Part shown: in pieces, positions 16,680 to 25,300 of the stretch
How positions within the stretch are numbered: position 1 is the first letter of the stretch
Layout: each line of letters begins with the position of its first letter
Assembly: GCA_041653495.1 (NCBI GenBank)
Contig: JBAZFF010000003.1
Coordinates: 1-46,482, forward strand
Length of the DNA stretch: 46,482 bases
Source: Minisyncoccota bacterium
GTDB lineage: Bacteria > Patescibacteriota > Minisyncoccia > Minisyncoccales > RBG-13-42-11
Direction: 5' to 3'
Made by a program: the position numbers and the translations under genes
Notes under the pieces: model-generated
What the model was told of the DNA's origin: nothing
The model's database searches: none
Seen by the model: only the letters and a program-made list of their open reading frames with translations

Positions 16680-17838
16680 GGCGAGAGAGGAGCTTCTGAA
16701 GAGGACTCAGGAGAGCAATGACAGGAAAGACGGAGATGTCTTTTACGGCTATTTCAAGACCGATCAGGATTTACCTTTGTGGAAGGCATCTGTGACAAAG
16801 AAGGATGATGAACCACATTTGATTGACATCATTCCTTTTTATGCCGGGAAAAATTTCCCTCAGGTTGATCCGAGGCATCCAGTCAAGGAAGATGATCTTG
16901 TGTATCTTCTTGAAACGTATGTTCATCAGAACATCGGTCCGGGGAAAGAGTCGATTATCTGCCCTGCAAGAAATTACAAGAAACCCTGTCCGATCTGCGA
17001 AGAGATCGAATATCTTACCTCCAAAGAGGGCGGAAGTAAGGAATACGAGGATTATGCGGATATCGCTCTCAAGAGGCGGTGTGCTTATAACATCGTCTGT
17101 TACGATTCACCCAAAGAAGAAGGTAAGGGTGTCCAAATCTGGGAGGTCTCCTATAAGTATGGGGAGAAAAAAATCCAGCTGGCAGCTAAAAATCCTCGGG
17201 GCGGTGGTGTTGTTCCTTTTGCTGATTATGATGTTGGCAAATTAATTTCCTTCGAAGTTGCCGCCGACGAATACCGGACAATTGATGGTCACAAACTTGT
17301 TGATAGGGACTATGTGATCTCGGAAGAAATTGAGGATTCTGTCTGGCCTCTGGATGAGTTGGTTAAGATCTGGGAGTATAACGAAATCTACGAAAAGTTC
17401 TATGGTGAACTCCCTGCAGGGGTGGCTGCCAAAGAAGAAAATCAGGAAGAATCAGTTTCCCGTTCGTCTCGGGGTAGAGGAGGAGTCACTGAGCAAGAAG
17501 TCCCTCCGCCTTCCGATCCTGCTCCTTTGCAGAGGAGGAGCCGTGCAATGGAAGAACCCGTGCGAAAAGACAAGGGAGAAGGTCAATGTCCGTGCGGTGG
17601 AGAATACGGGATCGATATTGATCAGCTTACGAATTGTGACGATTGCAAAGCCTATGATGCCTGCGCTTTGAAAGCCAAGGAGATCGAGGATGCAGCTAAG
17701 GTGTCCAAGGAGACGGCACCTGCTCCTGATGCTGGTACAAGGAGAGCAAACCGCAGATCAAGGGCAGATGTGGTTGAAGAGAAACCGGCAGATCCTCCAG
17801 CGAGAACAGGTGGTTTGAGAAGGAGAACCAGGGCGTAA
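16660..17838 (+). CDS. T4 gp32-like ssDNA-binding protein with extended C-terminal tail
   Basis: 'VHQNIGPGKESIICPARNYKKPCPICEE' reproduces the gp32 His-x11-Cys-x8-Cys-x2-Cys zinc site (T4 gp32: His-x12-Cys-x9-Cys-x2-Cys). 'KRRCAYNIVCYDSPKEEGKGVQIWEVSYKYGEKKI' parallels gp32 'KRKTSYWANILVVKDP..NEGKVFKYRFGKKI'. Confidence 0.7.
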   Translation: MGRDRSKAREELLKRTQESNDRKDGDVFYGYFKTDQDLPLWKASVTKKDDEPHLIDIIPFYAGKNFPQVDPRHPVKEDDLVYLLETYVHQNIGPGKESIICPARNYKKPCPICEEIEYLTSKEGGSKEYEDYADIALKRRCAYNIVCYDSPKEEGKGVQIWEVSYKYGEKKIQLAAKNPRGGGVVPFADYDVGKLISFEVAADEYRTIDGHKLVDRDYVISEEIEDSVWPLDELVKIWEYNEIYEKFYGELPAGVAAKEENQEESVSRSSRGRGGVTEQEVPPPSDPAPLQRRSRAMEEPVRKDKGEGQCPCGGEYGIDIDQLTNCDDCKAYDACALKAKEIEDAAKVSKETAPAPDAGTRRANRRSRADVVEEKPADPPARTGGLRRRTRA

Positions 17839-17850
17839 GATTTCTGTTTA

Positions 17851-17917
17851 GAGAAAAGGACACGGTAGAAGTCCGTGATAAAGACGATTTTGATTGATGA
17901 TCTCCTTTCTCTTTTTT
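17851..17917 (+). terminator. possible intrinsic terminator (bulged long stem plus T6)
   Basis: GAGAAAAGGA (17851-60) pairs with TCCTTTCTC (17903-11) with one bulge. The stem encloses a CACGG/CCGTG hairpin and is followed by TTTTTT. The large interior loop makes this uncertain. Confidence 0.3.
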
Positions 17918-17940
17918 ATTATTGAGGATAGAAAAAGAAT

Positions 17941-19059
17941 ATGCTGAAAAGACGGGAAGGGAAAGAGCAGGAGGATCGTGCCCAAGAGGTCCTTAAAGAA
18001 ATTGATTCACCTGTTGAGGAAAGAAAAAAAGATTATCGTTTTGAAAAGGTTTTGTCAACAGGATCGACAGTTCTTGATCTTTGTATTTCGGGAGGTCGTT
18101 GTCTCGAAGGGGGAATACCTGGTGGAGTATTGATGGATATCTTTGGTCCTTCAGCATCAGGAAAGACATCTCTTTTATCGGAAATTCTTGCTTCTGCTCA
18201 ATCGCAAGGGGGAGAGACTCAGGTGCAAGACCCAGAAGCTCGTCTTGACGAGGAATATGCGAGAATTTATGGTGTGGAGATTGACCGAAAGAATTATTAT
18301 CGGCCAGATACCGTCACAGAATGTTTCGAGAGAATTCAGAAATGGAACCCGAAGAATTTCAATGTCATCAATGCTGCTGGGGTTGATTCTTTGGCAGCTC
18401 TTTCTACTGATCTTGAAATGGGCCCCAAGGGAGATAAAATGGGAATGAGGCGGGCCAAAGAATTCTCTCAAGAACTTCGTAAAACCGCTCGAATTATTGC
18501 CAATAACAATTGGGTTATTTGTTGCACCAATCAGGTTCGAGATAGTGATTATGGAGAGGTTACTCCTGGGGGCAAAGGGATTCCTTATTATGCCTCTCTT
18601 CGCCTTCGAGTTGGCCAAATCAGCACTATCGAGAGGAAGTACAAAATTATTGGTCAGGAAGAACCAGAAGAAATTGGAAGGAGTCGGGCAGCAAGAAGGG
18701 CGGAACGAGATCGAGAAAAAGAGAAAGGAGAATCAAAAGAGCTAAAAAAAGCGGTTGGTATTGTCAGCAAGGTGTTTATAAAGAAATCTACTGTTGACGA
18801 TCCTTATCGAGAATGCGAAATCTATATTATCTTCAATTACGGGATTGATGATGTTCGAGGAAATCTCCAATATTGCAAAGATATGACAGGAGCGAGTAGG
18901 TATGCCTGTCCTGATGGTAAGGACTATCAAGCGATAGAAAAAGCCATCGCGTGGGTAGAACAGAATGAGCTTGAGAAACGGCTCAAAGGGAACACCATTG
19001 ATTTGTGGAATGAGATCGAGAAGAAGTTTAAAATATCTCGCAAGCCGAAGGTTCGCTGA
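17941..19059 (+). CDS. RecA/UvsX-family recombinase
   Basis: 'GGIPGGVLMDIFGPSASGKTSLL' matches the RecA '[21 protein letters not shown]' Walker A context. Walker B-like 'INAAGVDSLAAL' and 'VICCTNQVRD' are present. Size is 372 aa. Confidence 0.8.
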   Translation: MLKRREGKEQEDRAQEVLKEIDSPVEERKKDYRFEKVLSTGSTVLDLCISGGRCLEGGIPGGVLMDIFGPSASGKTSLLSEILASAQSQGGETQVQDPEARLDEEYARIYGVEIDRKNYYRPDTVTECFERIQKWNPKNFNVINAAGVDSLAALSTDLEMGPKGDKMGMRRAKEFSQELRKTARIIANNNWVICCTNQVRDSDYGEVTPGGKGIPYYASLRLRVGQISTIERKYKIIGQEEPEEIGRSRAARRAERDREKEKGESKELKKAVGIVSKVFIKKSTVDDPYRECEIYIIFNYGIDDVRGNLQYCKDMTGASRYACPDGKDYQAIEKAIAWVEQNELEKRLKGNTIDLWNEIEKKFKISRKPKVR

Positions 19060-19916
19060 TGCCTGATCTAATTATGGATAGTAACTACATCTGCCATTGG
19101 CATCGGTTTGCCTTGTCCCAGGGCCTTTCCTATCGAGGCAAACCCACAGAAATCATTTTTGGTTTTCTCAAAACGGTTTTTGAATTGTCTGAACGGTTTC
19201 AATCAAGACGATTTCTTTTTTGTTGGGATTCAAGAGAGTCTTTGCGGAAGAAAATATATCCAGACTATAAATCCAATCGTCATAAAGAAATGACTGAAGA
19301 AGAAAAAGAAACCAGTTCGGTTGCGTTTCGGCAATTTGACGAAATCCGTCAAATTGTTCTTCCTGATCTTGGATTCAAAAATATTTTTCTTAAAGACGGT
19401 TATGAATCAGATGATTTGATTGCTGTTCTGGTTAAGATGAAATCAACAGACACCAAGGTCGTTGTTTCAAGTGATGCAGATCTTTATCAGCTTTTGCAAT
19501 ATTGCAATATCTATCAACCTGCTAAGAAGCAGCTTATGACCGAAGAATTATTCCAAAAGGAGTATTCTATTGCCTCGAGATATTGGCCCTCGGTTAAATG
19601 TCTTTCAGGATGTTCTACAGATAATGTCGCTGGGATTGTTGGGGTAGGAGAAAAGACTGCGATTAAATATTTCAATGGCGAGCTTGTCAAAGGGAAGGCT
19701 TTTGATTCCATCAAGTCGAAAGAAGGGGTTAAAATTTTCCATAGAAATGCTCTTCTTGTTTCTCTTCCTTTTGATGGAATTGATGTCCTTCCTGTCAAAA
19801 AACAAGAGATCTTTTCCAAAGACAAATTTATTCAGATATTTGAACAATATGGGTTCCAGTCTTTTCTAACAGCTAAGGCTATTTCAAGGTGGACATCTCT
19901 CTTTAATTTGGAGTGA
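19059..19916 (+). CDS. 5'-3' exonuclease / flap endonuclease (Pol I N-terminal, T5 D15-like)
   Basis: 'FCWDSRESLRKKIYPDYKSNR', 'GYESDDLIAVL', 'VVSSDADLYQL' and the H3TH motif 'DNVAGIVGVGEKTAIKY'. Confidence 0.85.
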   Translation: MPDLIMDSNYICHWHRFALSQGLSYRGKPTEIIFGFLKTVFELSERFQSRRFLFCWDSRESLRKKIYPDYKSNRHKEMTEEEKETSSVAFRQFDEIRQIVLPDLGFKNIFLKDGYESDDLIAVLVKMKSTDTKVVVSSDADLYQLLQYCNIYQPAKKQLMTEELFQKEYSIASRYWPSVKCLSGCSTDNVAGIVGVGEKTAIKYFNGELVKGKAFDSIKSKEGVKIFHRNALLVSLPFDGIDVLPVKKQEIFSKDKFIQIFEQYGFQSFLTAKAISRWTSLFNLE

Positions 19917-19918
19917 AA

Positions 19919-20533
19919 ATGGCAAAGATTATTTTTTTTGATTGTGAGACCACAGGAGTAAAAGACGACTGTGGTGTTTGGCAGATCGCAGGAGTTATTG
20001 AAGCTCTCGGCAAACAGGAACAGTTCAATTTCTTTTGCGACATATTTGCAGAGGACGAGATTGACCCTGTTGCTTTTGAGACAAACGGAATGACTGATGC
20101 CAAGCTTTCTACCTTTCCAGATCCTAAGGATGTTCACAAGCAATTCACCAAGTTGCTTGGTAGGTACGTTGACAAATTTGACAAAACGGATAAATTTATT
20201 GCAGTTGCTTATGGTGCCGATTTTGATCAAAGATTTCTTCGGAAGTTCTTTTTCAATTGTGGCGATAAATATTTTGGTTCGTGGTTCTGGCATCCGTGGA
20301 TCTGCATGATGTCCACGTCAGCTCTTTATCTCAGGGAGAGAAGGCATGAACTTGAAAATTTTAAGTTGATCACGGTGGCTAAGCATCTGGGCCTTTGCAG
20401 CGAAGGTGACGCAGATAGATTTCACGATGCTCTTTGGGATGCGAAAATTTGCCAGGCTATGTATCATAGAATGGCAAATGGTTCTAAAGAAGACTTTAGC
20501 AGAATTGGTTTTGATGACGATATTCCTTTTTAG
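19919..20533 (+). CDS. DEDDh 3'-5' exonuclease (DnaQ-like)
   Basis: Exo I 'IIFFDCETTG', Exo II 'AYGADFDQRFL' and Exo III 'HDALWDA'. The ATG at 19919 follows GGAG; the GTG at 19913 is an alternative start. Confidence 0.8.
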   Translation: MAKIIFFDCETTGVKDDCGVWQIAGVIEALGKQEQFNFFCDIFAEDEIDPVAFETNGMTDAKLSTFPDPKDVHKQFTKLLGRYVDKFDKTDKFIAVAYGADFDQRFLRKFFFNCGDKYFGSWFWHPWICMMSTSALYLRERRHELENFKLITVAKHLGLCSEGDADRFHDALWDAKICQAMYHRMANGSKEDFSRIGFDDDIPF

Positions 20534-20546
20534 AAAGGGAAAGCAA

Positions 20547-21182
20547 ATGGGAAAAGGCGGAGGATTTGAATGGGAAGTCGCAAAGAAGCTTTCTCTATGG
20601 TGGAGCGAAGGCAAGCGTGATGATATTTTTTGTCGCTCCCAAGCTTCAGGGGCAAGATTTACCGTGAGAAAGAAAGTGGGGAAAGATACTGCAAATCAGT
20701 CTGGTGATATCACGTTTTCCGACGCTATTGGAGAACCTCTTATTAAGCTTTGGTCGATAGAATGCAAAACAGGGTATGGCAAGAAAAAGAAAATTCGAGA
20801 CGAAGATAATAAGATTGTTGCCAAGGAAGACGTTCGTTGGGATTTGCTCGATTTTCTTGATTCTTCTCAGAAAGTCACGGTGCTTTCCTCGATGTGGGAA
20901 CAATGCAAACGTGATGCGAAAAAATCAAGGAAGATTCCTATTCTTGTTTTCCGACGGAACAGGAGAAAAAAATGCGTAATGTTGGATGATAGGGTTTACC
21001 AAAGTTTGTGTGGCTACGTTGGCCCTTCTGAATGCAAAACGATATTTTTAAATATTCCTTCCGTGCTCCAGGATGGTTTTTTCAAAATCATGCTTTTTGA
21101 CGATTTTCTTTTTTGGCTTCGGTTTTTACCGAACGCTTTGATTCCTCGGGAAAAAGGAGGGCGGGAGCGGAAATCGAAATGA
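20547..21182 (+). CDS. PD-(D/E)xK nuclease, Holliday-junction-resolvase-like (Hjc-type)
   Basis: 'GGGFEWEVAKKL' resembles the Hjc G..FE..V...L signature. '...SGDITFSD...LWSIECKTG' fits a D...E-x-K core. The ATG at 20547 follows AAAGGGAAAG; the longer 20406 start overlaps the exonuclease gene. Confidence 0.55.
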   Translation: MGKGGGFEWEVAKKLSLWWSEGKRDDIFCRSQASGARFTVRKKVGKDTANQSGDITFSDAIGEPLIKLWSIECKTGYGKKKKIRDEDNKIVAKEDVRWDLLDFLDSSQKVTVLSSMWEQCKRDAKKSRKIPILVFRRNRRKKCVMLDDRVYQSLCGYVGPSECKTIFLNIPSVLQDGFFKIMLFDDFLFWLRFLPNALIPREKGGRERKSK

Positions 21183-22417
21183 TTAAGTCTCTTAGGGTCA
21201 AGAATTTCAAATCACATAAAGATACCACTCTTGTTTTTGACAAAGGCGTCAATGTCATTCAAGGACTAAGCACGACCGGGAAGAGTGCAATACTCAATGC
21301 CTTGCGGTTGTTGTTCAACAACAGGCCTCAGGGCGGGCATTACTTTTCAAATTTTGCCGGGGATAAAGGCGCGACCGAGATTGAACTTGAATTGATGGAC
21401 GGTCAAAAGGTTTCTCTCACAAAAGGAATCAGGGTTGATAAGGACGGCGAAAAGAAGGTCATTGGTGGCGTCTACACCATTGGCGAGAATGAGTTTACTT
21501 GCCCTAAAGAAGGAATCCCTGACCAAGTTGCAGAAGCCCTCAACATCGGCGAATTGAACATCCAGCGGCAACATTCGGCGCCTTTTCTTATAATGTCGTC
21601 TCCCGGCGAAAACGCCAGGATGGTGAATAGAATCACCAAGCTGGAAAAGACAGACGAATGGGTTTCTGATCTCGCCAGCAAGATCAACGAAGGGAATAGG
21701 ACTATTCTTTCTACCCAAGAAGAGATTAAGCAGGCGGAGATCAATCTTAAAAAATATTCTGATATTGACGAAACAAAGAAAATTGTCGATGCTCTTGTTG
21801 CCGTTGACAGAGAAATACCCCATCTTGAAGAGGATAGGGATTTTCTATCCAACCAATTAGGCCGGCACAAATCTTATTCAGAAGGGGTAGAAGAATTGAA
21901 GGCTTGCTTGGCCGTGGAAAGTGTTCTTTCTCTGGCCGACAAGTTATCTCAAGAGATTGAAGATTATTATGCTCTCGTAGATCTATTCAATCGTTATGTA
22001 GATGACGAAGAAAAAAAGGAAGTGTTGTTCGAAGACATCGCGATCATTGAATCTCTTCTTTTGAAGATTGATCAGTGCGATTATTCGAAGGAGCAAAGAA
22101 AGCGGGACAGCCTCGTATCGTATCAACAGACGTATTTCTCGGCTCAGGGAAGGCTCAGGGTCCTGGCAACGGCTCTTGAGGAGCAAGTCAGGGTTAAAGC
22201 GATAGAAGATTTACGCGAGGAAATCATCGATTATGAGGATTTGATGTCTTTTGTCGAAGGATACAGACAGAACCTTGAGCAGCTGGCAGGAATTGGGGTC
22301 AGGCTGTCCGGAGCCAAAGAAGAATATGTGTCTGAACTGAAAAGGATAGGGAAGTGCCCTACTTGCTATTCCAGCATTGATGCCGCTTTGGCGAAGAGGA
22401 TTAAGGGCCAGTTATGA
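21179..22417 (+). CDS. sbcC: SbcC/Rad50 N-terminal half (Walker A lobe, coiled coil, zinc hook)
   Basis: 'LRVKNFKSHKDTTLVFDKGVNVIQGLSTTGKSAILNAL' is the Rad50/SbcC N-lobe with Walker A. About 250 aa of heptad-rich sequence follow, and the protein ends in 'GKCPTCYSS' (CxxC hook) 18 aa before the stop. Confidence 0.75.
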   Translation: MIKSLRVKNFKSHKDTTLVFDKGVNVIQGLSTTGKSAILNALRLLFNNRPQGGHYFSNFAGDKGATEIELELMDGQKVSLTKGIRVDKDGEKKVIGGVYTIGENEFTCPKEGIPDQVAEALNIGELNIQRQHSAPFLIMSSPGENARMVNRITKLEKTDEWVSDLASKINEGNRTILSTQEEIKQAEINLKKYSDIDETKKIVDALVAVDREIPHLEEDRDFLSNQLGRHKSYSEGVEELKACLAVESVLSLADKLSQEIEDYYALVDLFNRYVDDEEKKEVLFEDIAIIESLLLKIDQCDYSKEQRKRDSLVSYQQTYFSAQGRLRVLATALEEQVRVKAIEDLREEIIDYEDLMSFVEGYRQNLEQLAGIGVRLSGAKEEYVSELKRIGKCPTCYSSIDAALAKRIKGQL

Positions 22418-23340
22418 AATTCATTCTTGTTTCTGATGTTCATTTGTTGCGGCAAAATCCTGTTGCGAGGAAAGACAATCTCGTAGAAAATCAATTCAAG
22501 AAGTTTGAATTCATCTTGCAGCAGGCAAGGATTCAAAAGGCCGACATTTTATGCGCGGCCGATTTCTGCGATATTCCTCGAAGCTGGGTTCTTTTGCCGA
22601 GGATCATTTCGCTTCTAAAGGATTATGAAGATGTAAGGTTGCACACCGTGTTTGGCCAGCATGATACATATCTCTACAGCGAAGAGACAAGGGACAGGAC
22701 AACCCTTGGCGTTCTTGAAAAGGCAGGCCTGGTGACGGTTCTTGATTCCTCCCCTTTGCAAATCACAGGAGAGGACCGTTGCGTGACCTTATACGGTTGT
22801 TCCTTTGGGGCGGATGTTCCGGTTCCTGTTGTTTCTTCGAGATCGACGATGTTTAATGTTCTGGTTATCCATGCTTCAATTTCAGACCGGTCTTTGTACC
22901 CTGGCCAAGAGCCGACAATGGCGAAGAAATTCCTTGAGAGCAACAAGAATTTCGACCTGATTGTTTGTGGGGACATTCATCGGAGTTTTATGGTTAAGGC
23001 CGGCAAGAGATTTCTTTTCGATGTTGGTCCTATGTTGCGGAGAGAAGCAACCCAATATAATTTTTCTCATGTTCCCCATGTTGTTTTTTTTGATACAGAG
23101 AAATTAACCTACGAAGAAATTGAAATACCTCATAAGCCTGCCGATGAAGTTCTTGATCGGTCTCATATTGACCGGGTTGTGGAGAGCAAAGATATCCTTG
23201 AAGGGTTTGTTTCTGAAATTGAATCGGAAGACACCGAGAAGGTTTCTTTTGAGGAAATTTTGTGGTCGTTGGTCAAGGCGAATAAAGGGAGCAAGTCGGT
23301 CGAAAAGGTTTTGTCGGAAACAATGGAGGAAAGATCATGA
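22414..23340 (+). CDS. sbcD: SbcD/Mre11-family nuclease (calcineurin-like phosphoesterase)
   Basis: Motif I 'ILVSDVHL', motif II 'LCAADFCD', 'GQHD', 'LVIHAS' and 'VCGDIH'. It sits between the two SbcC halves. Confidence 0.8.
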   Translation: MKFILVSDVHLLRQNPVARKDNLVENQFKKFEFILQQARIQKADILCAADFCDIPRSWVLLPRIISLLKDYEDVRLHTVFGQHDTYLYSEETRDRTTLGVLEKAGLVTVLDSSPLQITGEDRCVTLYGCSFGADVPVPVVSSRSTMFNVLVIHASISDRSLYPGQEPTMAKKFLESNKNFDLIVCGDIHRSFMVKAGKRFLFDVGPMLRREATQYNFSHVPHVVFFDTEKLTYEEIEIPHKPADEVLDRSHIDRVVESKDILEGFVSEIESEDTEKVSFEEILWSLVKANKGSKSVEKVLSETMEERS

Positions 23341-23579
23341 ATGAGGAGAAAGTTCTCAAGGCATTAAAAGATAAACTTGAAGCAATCAAAACAGAGTACG
23401 CCCAGAAAGAAGGGGCAATGGCTTCTACTCTTGAATTGATCAAAAAGGAATTTGGGATTCAGACCATCGAAGAAGCTGAAGATAAGCTGAAAGAACTTGA
23501 ATCCCAGATCGAGGAAAAGAAAAAGCAACGAACCAAGTATCTCGAACAGGCGCAAAAGAAGTTGGAGGCTTATCAGTGA
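23337..23579 (+). CDS. 80-aa all-coiled-coil protein
   Basis: 'KLEAIKTEYAQKEGAM...KLKELESQIEEKKKQRTKYLEQAQKKLEAY' is heptad-like and charged. Overlapping start/stop codons couple it to both neighbours. Confidence 0.55.
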   Translation: MNEEKVLKALKDKLEAIKTEYAQKEGAMASTLELIKKEFGIQTIEEAEDKLKELESQIEEKKKQRTKYLEQAQKKLEAYQ

Positions 23580-24283
23580 TGACTGTTCAAGAAATAGCTG
23601 ATCAATTTGCAGAAGTCTCGGCGAATCAAAAGATATTGCGCCAGCAGCTTGAAGTGAAGAGCAACCAGGTTTCAGAAATGAAGCAAGTTGTGGAAGATCA
23701 AATTCAGGCGAGGTTCTTTATTTCAGAAGCCGCCAGACTTACCCAAAGCCGGTTCAAGGAAAAAATAGAATCTCTCGTCACGATGGCCGTCCAGTCCGTT
23801 TTCGATCGCCCCTTTAAATTTCAGCTGGTCTTTGAGCGCAAACGGAATAAGATGGAGTGCCTTCCTATTATAACCGAAATGATCAATGGCAAGGAAAGCG
23901 TTTACAGCGATATGGAAGAGGATGTCGGTGGAGGCCTTATTGATATTGTTGCTTTCGCTTCAAGGATTGTTTTGTGGTCTTTGGAGAAACCAAGAAGCAG
24001 GAACACGATTATTCTTGATGAGCCGATGAAAAATATGGGGGAATTGATTTCCCTTGGCGGACAGATTCTTCGCGAAATTAGTCACAAGCTGAATTTTCAA
24101 ATAATTTTGGTTACCCATGAGGATCCTCTTATCGAGGTCTCTGACAGGGCCTATCGAGTTACTCACGATGGCGTCATGTCCAATGTTGAACTTGTCAAAG
24201 GAGCGCAAGTCAATGTCGAAGAAAAAACTGAATCGAAGGGAATCCCTGTCCGTAAGCTTAACCGACGTCAGGGAGGAAATTAA
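23576..24283 (+). CDS. sbcC: SbcC/Rad50 C-terminal half (coiled coil, signature motif, Walker B, H-loop)
   Basis: N-terminal coiled coil, then 'DVGGGLIDIVAFASRI' (a degenerate LSGG signature), 'TIILDEPMKNMG' (Walker B/D-loop) and 'IILVTHED' (H-loop). Confidence 0.7.
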   Translation: MMTVQEIADQFAEVSANQKILRQQLEVKSNQVSEMKQVVEDQIQARFFISEAARLTQSRFKEKIESLVTMAVQSVFDRPFKFQLVFERKRNKMECLPIITEMINGKESVYSDMEEDVGGGLIDIVAFASRIVLWSLEKPRSRNTIILDEPMKNMGELISLGGQILREISHKLNFQIILVTHEDPLIEVSDRAYRVTHDGVMSNVELVKGAQVNVEEKTESKGIPVRKLNRRQGGN

Positions 24284-24686
24284 ACTCTTGGTTCTCCAAG
24301 AGGGAATATCTGATTTAGAAATTGCTCAACGCCTCGACAAACCCATAAAAGAAGTCTATCGAATTAGAACAAGAGAACTGAAAATTTCATATTACGGCAA
24401 GAAGAAAATTTGCGATACTTGCCATGAGCTTAAGTCTTTAACCGTTTTCCTTAAAGGCGGAAACACCTGTATAAAATGCCGACGGGTTCTTGGAGCGCAA
24501 GCTCCTTACAAAATGGTTAATCCAAGAAAACAGGTCGTTGTCCAGGATAAAATATCAGTTGAATGTATAAGATGTCGCAAAGATTTCGATTCTGAAACCT
24601 GGGAAAAGGAAGGGAGAATGCAACATTATTACGCTTGCTCTTCTTGTAGAAGAAAAATGAATGTTATGGATTCGGTAGGAATTTGA
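24213..24686 (+). CDS. HTH plus zinc-ribbon protein (possible transcription regulator)
   Basis: 'GISDLEIAQRLDKPIKEVYRIRTR' resembles a sigma region 4/LuxR-type HTH. It is followed by CDTC...CIKC and CIRC...CSSC pairs. The start is uncertain because it overlaps the upstream gene by 71 nt. Confidence 0.4.
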   Translation: MSKKKLNRRESLSVSLTDVREEIKLLVLQEGISDLEIAQRLDKPIKEVYRIRTRELKISYYGKKKICDTCHELKSLTVFLKGGNTCIKCRRVLGAQAPYKMVNPRKQVVVQDKISVECIRCRKDFDSETWEKEGRMQHYYACSSCRRKMNVMDSVGI

Positions 24687-24687
24687 T

Positions 24688-25104
24688 ATGGGTAAATTAA
24701 ACCGTAGAGAGAATTTTGTGCCACCGGAAATAGACGAAGAACAGGCAATTGATTCGTCAAGCTCAGTCATTACTAATCTTATCTTTCCGACGAGGGCAGG
24801 GGAAAAGGAAGGAAGGGTGAATTGGTGCAAGAATCTTGCAGGGGGATATCTTTTTTGCGGAGTAACCTATATCAAAGATAAAGGTTGTTCAGAGTGGATT
24901 TTGGAAACTTCAGGCGGAAAATTCGTTCCTGTCCTTGAATGGGGGAGGTGGACAGAAGCAGAGATAGTGGATATTATTGATTTAATAAAAGGGAAAAGAG
25001 GCCCATTTAAGTTGCAAGAAAAAACACCAGATTTGATTAAAGCGGTGTATAATAACAATAGAGAGAAGGAAAGAGTCGGGTTCTTTTTCAAGAGGCGCAA
25101 GTAA
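24688..25104 (+). CDS. hypothetical protein
   Basis: Clean 138-aa ORF with no motif. Its 3' end contains promoter motif copy 5. Confidence 0.5.
   Translation: MGKLNRRENFVPPEIDEEQAIDSSSSVITNLIFPTRAGEKEGRVNWCKNLAGGYLFCGVTYIKDKGCSEWILETSGGKFVPVLEWGRWTEAEIVDIIDLIKGKRGPFKLQEKTPDLIKAVYNNNREKERVGFFFKRRK
25032..25053 (+). promoter_or_regulatory. promoter-like motif copy 5 (TTTGATTAAAGCGGTG-TATAAT)
   Basis: Lies inside the last 25 codons of CDS 24688..25104 and points into the gene-poor 25105..26055 interval. Confidence 0.55.
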
Positions 25105-25174
25105 AAAAGTAGATTAAGAAGCTTGCGGAAATTTAAAATTGCCCTTTGGCGCCAAATTGAAAGGAGGCGATTGT

Positions 25175-25222
25175 ATGAAACCGATTCACGGCGTGTCCGA
25201 ATTTGACTACTTTGTGATGTAA
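25175..25222 (+). CDS. 15-codon mini-ORF (MKPIHGVSEFDYFVM) with perfect RBS
   Basis: AAAGGAGG lies 7 nt upstream of the ATG. The ORF sits between promoter copy 5 and the terminator at 25265..25300, so it may be a leader peptide or micropeptide. Too short to validate from sequence. Confidence 0.25.
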   Translation: MKPIHGVSEFDYFVM

Positions 25223-25264
25223 CACTTGCCGGCGACCGGCCATCAAACAAGAAACATTGTTTGA

Positions 25265-25300
25265 GTCCCCGAATCAGTAATCGGGGTTCGGGGACTTTTT
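25265..25300 (+). terminator. rho-independent terminator
   Basis: GTCCCCGAA (25265-73) pairs perfectly with TTCGGGGAC (25287-95) and is followed by TTTTT (25296-300). Confidence 0.7.
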
